From Methanothrix sp. (GTDB lineage: Archaea; Halobacteriota; Methanosarcinia; Methanotrichales; Methanotrichaceae): a stretch of DNA of 64,000 bases. A program made the translations under genes and the position numbers. Location of the stretch: the NCBI GenBank assembly GCA_963682135.1, contig OY821645.1, forward strand, positions 1,664,001-1,728,000, read 5' to 3'. Below, piece after piece: positions 57,659 through 64,000 of this stretch (positions within the stretch are counted from its first letter, which is position 1; each line of letters starts with the position of its first letter). The notes below the pieces were generated by a model, which was not told the origin of the DNA, did not search any database, and saw nothing but the letters and a program-made list of their open reading frames with translations.

Positions 57659-59344
57659 TTACAGCACTGTAGTAAACAACTGGTTCATTTTGTAGATAAC
57701 ATCCTCGCTATCGGCATCGATGCAGCTACCCTCGGGTTTGGAGATCTCTTTTAATTTCGGAATATTTGCATTATACCCGATTACGGTTATGGGCACTCCA
57801 AGTTCTTGTTTGATTCCTATGATGTCCTCCAGCGAATGGCCCGTATTCTGTTCGCCATCGCTGAGAAGGATAATCCTCGGTTTCAGATGAGGATTTGCAT
57901 TGGGTCCAGCCGCCTTCTGATCTATGAGCATCTTCATGGCGACTGCAATTGCATCATAGGTTGACGTGCTGGATATTGGCTGCCAATCTCTAACTGCTCC
58001 GACAAAATAGGACATGTTGTTCAAATCGAATTTGGAAATCGGCAGATCGATATAGACATCGTTGGAGAATGATACCAAGCCGATCATGTTGTTTTTGCCG
58101 ATCTTATTTTGACCCAGGAGCAATGAACGTTTCAAATTATTCAGCGGTTCGCCGTCCATGCTTTCAGAGACATCGGCCACAAAAACTGCGCAGATAGGCA
58201 TGGGATCTTTAATATCCTTCCATACTTTTTCGGCCCGGATGATCACATCGCCGCTGACGGCAGACGCATTGGATTGGTATTCATTAAGGCCATTGAAGCC
58301 ATATTCGGTAGCCAGCTTCTGGTACTTCTCTTGCTGTGAGAACTCCACAAACTTATTCAGAATTTTCATTTTCTCTGCAGATAGTTCGCCTATCGCATAC
58401 ATAGGGCTGTCATGTCTGATGCCAAAGGGAATAAATTCATAGGACCTCATTTCCGGATCGTTTATGTATGTCTGGTATTCCAGGATTAGGCCGTCCAGAT
58501 CACATGATTTGGCATCATCTTTCAATTGCTGAGTAGTAAGGGCGATCACGGGAATATTGGCCTGAAAACTCTTAAATCCTGCTAATGCACTATCGCTAAA
58601 TAAGTTGCTGCTGTTAAATGTCTGCAAAGCTGAAATCAAGAAGTTCAGCCCTGTGGAGCTGGTCAAGGGATCGGTGTATCCCATCTGCATTTCGTTGTTC
58701 GCGACGGCATCGATGATAGTCTTGATATTGACTGCCCCGTATTTGGCTGTCAGCTCTTCCTTTTTCGCTTTGGTGATCAGTATGCCTGCCACATTGCCGA
58801 CAAGTCTCTCTTGCACTAACTGCGCTTTTTTCCCGTGGGAGGCAATCATTTCGCCCCAGAGTTCATTGGAGGGCGTATAGGCATCCGGCAGATAATTGTC
58901 AGAAATAATATAATCGGCACCTTGGCCGGAAGCGATGGACCTGAGCGTTACCGATGCCTTCTTACCGTCAATCATTATTGCCGCATTATTGAAGTCCCTG
59001 GCCGCTTCTGCAAGCCAGCCATTAGTACCGCTGCCTGCTTTTTCCGGTGAAGAGAATATTTCGATGCAATAGGATGTGCTACCGTTCACTTGCGGAGGAT
59101 ATTTGGAAATATCAGGCAGGATGTCTGCATCCCCGGGTGCAACTATAACCGTGCCCTTGCTATGATTGACTCCGATCACATTGACGTTTGAGATGATTTT
59201 ATACAGTGATTTGGTTTGTATATCGGGATCATTTGGACCTGTCTTTTCACCATCATCATGCCCAAAATACCAGACTATGATAAATACCACAACGGCCGCT
59301 CCAATTATTTTCAGAATTACATTTTTATCACGATCGTTTAGCAT
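57659..59344 (-). CDS. Membrane-anchored solute-binding-domain + vWA protein
   Basis: N-terminal TM; SSPEKA, YTDPLTSSTGLNFL, PFGIRHDSP; MIDAS DVSES, LSDGE. Confidence 0.85.
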   Translation of the reverse strand: MLNDRDKNVILKIIGAAVVVFIIVWYFGHDDGEKTGPNDPDIQTKSLYKIISNVNVIGVNHSKGTVIVAPGDADILPDISKYPPQVNGSTSYCIEIFSSPEKAGSGTNGWLAEAARDFNNAAIMIDGKKASVTLRSIASGQGADYIISDNYLPDAYTPSNELWGEMIASHGKKAQLVQERLVGNVAGILITKAKKEELTAKYGAVNIKTIIDAVANNEMQMGYTDPLTSSTGLNFLISALQTFNSSNLFSDSALAGFKSFQANIPVIALTTQQLKDDAKSCDLDGLILEYQTYINDPEMRSYEFIPFGIRHDSPMYAIGELSAEKMKILNKFVEFSQQEKYQKLATEYGFNGLNEYQSNASAVSGDVIIRAEKVWKDIKDPMPICAVFVADVSESMDGEPLNNLKRSLLLGQNKIGKNNMIGLVSFSNDVYIDLPISKFDLNNMSYFVGAVRDWQPISSTSTYDAIAVAMKMLIDQKAAGPNANPHLKPRIILLSDGEQNTGHSLEDIIGIKQELGVPITVIGYNANIPKLKEISKPEGSCIDADSEDVIYKMNQLFTTVL

Positions 59345-59362
59345 ATTGATTTCCCTTCCCAT

Positions 59363-60202
59363 TCACTTTCGATATATGTCTCCAAACTGATCGATCAGTT
59401 CTTTGAAATCCTCGACCATCTGGTCCCATTTGACGCTATCCGGGCAATCCACGTTTGAGATCTCAAGCAGCATCTCATCAAGCATCAGCAGGATTTGTTC
59501 GTTAAATTCAATGGCAGACTTAATAGACGTTATGTATTTATTAAGGACTTCTTTTCTTTTTTTATTAGAATTGTTCTCCGGACCGATTTCTCCAGAATTA
59601 AGTGTATCGTCTTTCTTATCGGCTAATTCGATATCAAATGAATCTAATCTAATGATAATCGTCTGGATATTCCTATAGAATGCATTAATTAATATAGCAA
59701 CTCCTGATAAATATTTTTTTAATGTTATCTTTGAAGGACCGAATTCCTGCTCAAGGAGTTCTTGGGTGGTTTTATTTTTTTTCTGCAGCCGAGCAATCTG
59801 ATTGATCGCCTGGGTGATGTCTTCTTTGAAGATCTCTATCTCAAAATGACTGTTCAATGCTTCAATATAGTCTTCAGGAGTTTGCAATAATTTTTCAGAC
59901 GGCATCTGAAATGATTCTTCCGGTTCGGCAAAGAGCCTGTAATTGCCGTAAATTACCCCCACGACACTCAAGAAGATGATTGTGACGCCAAAGGGGGTTG
60001 CCAATGCACCTCCCCCAATCCACCCCAGCTTTAAGGTAATTATGTCGGCGGCGGCAATTCCTAAATTCAGGCCCAATATCTTAATCTGTTTTTTCCTGTC
60101 CGGGTTGTCGCGAAGCTTATCTGCGGCGGACAACAGCGTGGCCTCGATGACCTGGATTGCCCCATTGCTCTCTGAATTATTGCTGCTTTCGCCTCTCGCC
60201 AT
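59363..60202 (-). CDS. Two-TM coiled-coil protein (XpaC-like position upstream of telA)
   Basis: Two N-terminal hydrophobic segments, helical C-terminus NEQILLMLDEMLLEI; abuts the vWA gene. Confidence 0.7.
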   Translation of the reverse strand: MARGESSNNSESNGAIQVIEATLLSAADKLRDNPDRKKQIKILGLNLGIAAADIITLKLGWIGGGALATPFGVTIIFLSVVGVIYGNYRLFAEPEESFQMPSEKLLQTPEDYIEALNSHFEIEIFKEDITQAINQIARLQKKNKTTQELLEQEFGPSKITLKKYLSGVAILINAFYRNIQTIIIRLDSFDIELADKKDDTLNSGEIGPENNSNKKRKEVLNKYITSIKSAIEFNEQILLMLDEMLLEISNVDCPDSVKWDQMVEDFKELIDQFGDIYRK

Positions 60203-60296
60203 CGCCCACTCCTTGATGATGAGAGGCTATCATTAGATTACCTGGCGAAATAGTTTTTGGATGATTCTAGATCCCACGATCGCCGACCAATGGTCA

Positions 60297-60947
60297 CTAT
60301 TTCTTCTTTTTCTGGACCTCTTTTGCCTCAAGGGCGTTGATCTCTGCCAGATGCTTGTTCAAGACCTTGGCCAGCGTGTTGAGCTTGACTCTGGTACAGG
60401 TAGCACCGCGAGTTATGCCGGTTACGATATCCACTACCTCGCCTTTGGTCTCTGTCTTCTGATAGGCCGGTTTGACCGCGCGCGTCTTGATGCCTTCCTT
60501 GGCAAAATCCTCCATATCCATGGGGCACTGGGCCACTACCACCACGGGAATATCAATCTGAGACAAAACCTCCTTGGCCTTGTGGATGACGTGCGAGCGC
60601 ACATTGCCCAGATGCAAAACGGCGATCTTATGGCGCGCTACCTGTTCCAGCTCCCTCTCGTTCAGCCCGAAGGTGGGGCCGTAGCCTCGCGAAGCCTGGG
60701 GAAAGCTTTCCGGAACGCCCGTGCCGGCCTCCAAAACCAGTACGCTGGTCTGAATTCCCTCCCTCCTAAGCCCATAGGTCATCTCGCAAACGGGTTTGGT
60801 GATATGTCGCCTTCCCGGAGACATGGCTATGGCGATCACATCCGGCTTTGTAGCCTCGGAGAGCGTGCCCCTCTGGGCCAGCCCGCCACCCTTGGCCAGG
60901 CCCATGCTCTCCCGGCAATCGACCACCTGAGTTGCCCTGCCAATCAT
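60297..60947 (-). CDS. mcrC: Methyl-coenzyme M reductase operon protein C
   Basis: MIGRATQVVDCRESMG..KGGGLAQRGT.SE, SPGRRHITKPVCE.T, HLGNVRSH, PMDMEDFAK.G.KT, VTGITRG. Confidence 0.92.
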   Translation of the reverse strand: MIGRATQVVDCRESMGLAKGGGLAQRGTLSEATKPDVIAIAMSPGRRHITKPVCEMTYGLRREGIQTSVLVLEAGTGVPESFPQASRGYGPTFGLNERELEQVARHKIAVLHLGNVRSHVIHKAKEVLSQIDIPVVVVAQCPMDMEDFAKEGIKTRAVKPAYQKTETKGEVVDIVTGITRGATCTRVKLNTLAKVLNKHLAEINALEAKEVQKKKK

Positions 60948-61068
60948 GCTGCTTATTTGCGGTGGGATGGAATATAGACTTGACGAAAGACCTGACGAAA
61001 TATCTGACAAATAGACCGCAGGGAGGTTAATTAGGAGCGTTTTTAAACTAGTGCGATGAGAAACAGAT

Positions 61069-61872
61069 ATGCTAATCTTCATTGGTCTGGGGCTCTACGA
61101 CGAGCGGGACATCTCGGTCAAAGGCCTTGATGCGGTTCGCGGCGCAGATCTGGTTTGTGCTGAGTTTTACACCTCCCGGCTGATGGGGGCGTCTTTTGAG
61201 ACGCTGGAGGCATTTTATGGCCGCAAGATCGTTCTTCTCTCCCGCCAGCAGGTGGAGGTGGACCCTGCCTGGATGGATGATGCCCTGGATAAGGACGTGG
61301 CCTTCCTGGTGGGGGGCGACGCCATGGTCTCCACCACTCATCTGGACCTGCGGCTGCGAGCTGCTAAGATGGGCATTAAGACGCGGGTGATTCACTCCTC
61401 TTCCATTGTCACTGCCGTATCGGGACTGTGCGGCTTGCAAAACTACCGTTTCGGTAGATCCACTACCATCCCCTTTCCCTATATCTCACGGGGCAAGCGC
61501 ATAATTCCCCAGACGCCCTACCAGGTATTGACTGAGAACCTGGACCGCAATTTGCATACCATGCTCTTTCTGGATATCCAGAGCGATTCCTCTGAAAGAT
61601 TTATGACGGTAAATGAAGGCGCAGCGCTTCTCCTGGAGATGCAGGAGGCTGCAGGAGGGCGCCACCTGGAAGGAGTTTTGGGGATAGGCATTGCCCGAGC
61701 CGGGTCGGATAACGCCACGGTGAAGGCGGATCTTCTACCCCGTCTGCAAAGCTATGACTTTGGCGGACCCTTGCATATTCTGATCGTCCCCGCCAAGCTG
61801 CACTTCATGGAGGCGCAGGCCTTAACGGTACTGGCAGGTGCGCCTGAAGATGCCATAAAATGCGTAGACTGA
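61069..61872 (+). CDS. dph5: Diphthine synthase
   Basis: [61 protein letters not shown]. Confidence 0.95.
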   Translation: MLIFIGLGLYDERDISVKGLDAVRGADLVCAEFYTSRLMGASFETLEAFYGRKIVLLSRQQVEVDPAWMDDALDKDVAFLVGGDAMVSTTHLDLRLRAAKMGIKTRVIHSSSIVTAVSGLCGLQNYRFGRSTTIPFPYISRGKRIIPQTPYQVLTENLDRNLHTMLFLDIQSDSSERFMTVNEGAALLLEMQEAAGGRHLEGVLGIGIARAGSDNATVKADLLPRLQSYDFGGPLHILIVPAKLHFMEAQALTVLAGAPEDAIKCVD

Positions 61873-61941
61873 AAAGCTATTAATATCAAAGATGCTGGAT
61901 CAATTTGATGAAATTAATAGACGCAGGGGGCGTGCCCAGGA

Positions 61942-62289
61942 ATGAAGCTCGGACTTATCACTGAGTTTGATGCTGCTCACAGCCTGCCCGGCTACCAGGG
62001 CAAGTGCGCCAATCTGCACGGCCATACCTACCAGGTGGAGATTGTGGTGGAGGGGGATGTGGGCGAGGACGGCTTTGTCATGGATTTTTATAAGCTTAAA
62101 AAAATCATTGCAGGAGCACTTGAGGATCTGGACCACAGCTACCTGAATAATATTTTGCCGAATCCTACGGCAGAGACGATCGCCCAGTGGATCTCGGATC
62201 GGCTGAAAAGAGATATGGTGGGCACTGCCGTTCGGCTGCTTTCCTTGAAACTCTGGGAAGGAAAGAACAAATGGGTGATGATCGACTGA
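61942..62289 (+). CDS. queD: 6-carboxytetrahydropterin synthase
   Basis: FDAAHSL, CANLHGHTY, MDF, LDHSYLN, PTAE, LWE. Confidence 0.93.
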   Translation: MKLGLITEFDAAHSLPGYQGKCANLHGHTYQVEIVVEGDVGEDGFVMDFYKLKKIIAGALEDLDHSYLNNILPNPTAETIAQWISDRLKRDMVGTAVRLLSLKLWEGKNKWVMID

Positions 62290-62691
62290 TTATTGGGTCG
62301 CGGTCAGATCCCAGGATTTGCAGGCTTCTGGATTCTCCTTCAGCTCCTTCATCCGGGCAGCTGCCTGCTCCTCATAGTACTTTTTATATTTCTCTTCTTT
62401 CTCGTGGCCGCTCCACGCCGCCAATTTTTTGTCCAGGGCTTCGAACATAAATTTTTCAGCGGCCTTAACCGTTTCCAGGTCTCCTCTGAGAACCAGTATC
62501 TCTCTGTCCATTACTTCTCCCGTCATCTCCATCTTGCCCGGACGGCGGATAAGGTCCAGTTCGAAATTTTCCACTATCTCGCGGATTACTGTGACCGGCA
62601 TGCTCAGGGGGATCGCCAGGTCATAAAGCCCTTTCAAATCTTCAGCATTTTCTTTTTGGGGGGAGTTCATGTTTTCCATAATGAAAATCAT
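62290..62691 (-). CDS. Hypothetical protein
   Basis: YDLAIP...ILVLRGDLETV; plausible coding composition. Confidence 0.75.
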   Translation of the reverse strand: MIFIMENMNSPQKENAEDLKGLYDLAIPLSMPVTVIREIVENFELDLIRRPGKMEMTGEVMDREILVLRGDLETVKAAEKFMFEALDKKLAAWSGHEKEEKYKKYYEEQAAARMKELKENPEACKSWDLTATQ

Positions 62692-62885
62692 TCTTGCCTT
62701 GATTTAAGGCTGTCGAAGAGCTGCGCTATGCGTTGACGCAGAGTAGCAGGATTGGACCTGTTGTTGTCTTTTTAGCCGAAAAAATGGTACCTTCACCCCT
62801 CTTAGGTTTTCCGTCTCAATATTGATCCGCAGGCCCTTGGAAGGGAAACAGTTATTAATGGGATCATCAATGCAGAGTGCGGATC

Positions 62886-62959
62886 GGGCCCGTAGCTTAG
62901 CCAGGTTGAGCGCACGGCTGATAACCGTGAGGTCACGCGTTCAAATCGCGTCGGGCCCA
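62886..62959 (+). tRNA. tRNA-Ile(GAT)
   Basis: Acceptor stem GGGCCCG/CGGGCCC-A; anticodon arm CACGG-CTGATAA-CCGTG; CGTTCAAATCG T-arm. Confidence 0.95.
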
Positions 62960-62969
62960 TTTTCTTAAT

Positions 62970-63422
62970 TCAGCGAGATATCTCCCCTTCCAGTATCACA
63001 TTCATGACGAAACTGAAGGGCAGAGTCTGACACCATCCTGCTTTCTCAAAGATGGACATGAAGCATACACCCATGAGCTTCTTGTATTTCATTTTGCCCA
63101 GAAATTCCTTCATATCCCCGGGCGTAACGCCGATCTTGGGCATGGCCATGCCACCCAGTATTACAACGACATCCGCCTCGGCACTTGCCGCGCCTGCCAG
63201 CTCCATTCCATATTCTGTGGCCACGATGCTTCGTGCTTTATCCATGTTTAAGCCGGGCATAAAGGCCAGTTCCTTTTCTCGCACCGGGTAGCCGAGAAAT
63301 AGGGCAAAGGGAGTGCAAAACCCTGGTGATCCGATGAAAACGATCTTCCTGTCATCCTTCACCAGATCTCTAAATCCGTTCAGCATTCCGCCTAGGCCCT
63401 TAATGTCCTGTATCTTCTCCAT
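62970..63422 (-). CDS. DUF2124-family methanogen protein
   Basis: GSPGFCTPFA, VILGGMAMP, GVCFMSIFEKAGW. Confidence 0.85.
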   Translation of the reverse strand: MEKIQDIKGLGGMLNGFRDLVKDDRKIVFIGSPGFCTPFALFLGYPVREKELAFMPGLNMDKARSIVATEYGMELAGAASAEADVVVILGGMAMPKIGVTPGDMKEFLGKMKYKKLMGVCFMSIFEKAGWCQTLPFSFVMNVILEGEISR

Positions 63423-63744
63423 AACGATCATTCTCCAATTATCCATCTAAGCATTGCGTTATAAGGATTGTCAAGATGGATTGTATTTGAATTGGGAATG
63501 AATCTCGGAGGAGATGCGCTCGTCAAGCCGGGGGGGCAATGAAACGACCTTGCGCTGGCAAACTGCCGCGACTGGGCAGGAGACGAAGCAGTGGGGAGAG
63601 CGGTTAGCAGAGTAGTAGATCCCTCCCGCCAAGGCAAAAGGAGCGGAGGGCAACAAAATCCGGAAAAAAAAGGAGCGCGTCTATCGCGAGCATGCCGGGC
63701 ATGATTCAAAACGTTTATGAGGATAGAACTGTCTCTTGGCTTTG

Positions 63745-64000
63745 ATGTCTAAGAGATCTGTGGATAAGGGTGAGAGTGGCAATAAAACCACGGCGAAGCC
63801 CAACGAGGCCAAGCCGATGGAGGCCTCGTCCGTCCCCCTGGAAAAGAAGGCCAATGCTGCGGCCAAGGCCGGCATTTGGCAGAATAGCGATTTATATTCA
63901 TATGCAGGATTGATAGTGGCGGCACTCTTCTCATTTTATCTGCGCGCCATTGTTCCCTGGGACCGGGTCTTCTCGGGGAGCAGCGTCATCTTCAGCAGTG
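63745..64000 (+). CDS. aglB: Probable oligosaccharyltransferase AglB/STT3, N-terminal part (runs off the window)
   Basis: Manual translation MSKRSVDK...GLIVAALFSFYLRAIVPWDRVFSGSSVIFSS resembles AglB TM1 and the loop preceding the D-P-W-Y-H motif. Confidence 0.65.
   Translation, partial: MSKRSVDKGESGNKTTAKPNEAKPMEASSVPLEKKANAAAKAGIWQNSDLYSYAGLIVAALFSFYLRAIVPWDRVFSGSSVIFSS

Noticed and set aside
60261-60977. 238-aa plus-strand ORF
   Set aside because: Antisense to mcrC.
63490-63675. RNase P RNA or cobalamin riboswitch
   Set aside because: Lacks the GAGGAAAGTCC/GAGGAAGTTC P4 strand and a complete B12 box; only fragments resemble them.
1-64000. CRISPR array, rRNA, integrase or provirus
   Set aside because: No regularly spaced direct repeats, rRNA-like sequence, tyrosine recombinase or tRNA att duplication noticed by eye.

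Overview
Archaeal chromosome segment. mcrC, the RaSEA archaeosine enzyme, Alba, TBP, PolD DP1, Cdc6/Orc1 and an anaerobic cbi cluster point to a methanogen, most likely Methanothrix/Methanotrichaceae (inferred from gene content, not from a database search). Housekeeping content includes ftsZ, trxB, nikR, fibrillarin, signal peptidase, hisS, purN, bud32, apgM, dph5, queD, the 5' end of aglB, three tRNAs (Gly-GCC, Thr-CGT, Ile-GAT) and a probable oriC with ORB boxes next to cdc6. Mobile DNA comprises an IS1634-family element at the left edge, a decayed IS1634 fragment beside tRNA-Gly and a stand-alone tnpB with intact catalytic motifs. The most interesting unexplained structure is a tandemly duplicated two-gene cassette at 18.2-21.1 kb, encoding small secreted beta-repeat proteins ending in NQQ plus partners with a related C-terminal repeat; it is a candidate fibre or functional-amyloid system. 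Also notable: apparent non-AUG (ATC/ATT/ATA/CTT) initiation of several secreted proteins, two giant surface proteins sharing an unnamed beta-rich C-terminal module, five CBS-only genes coupled to an RNA ligase, and a bacterial-type membrane protein/vWA/TelA operon. All functional calls come from motif recognition only.
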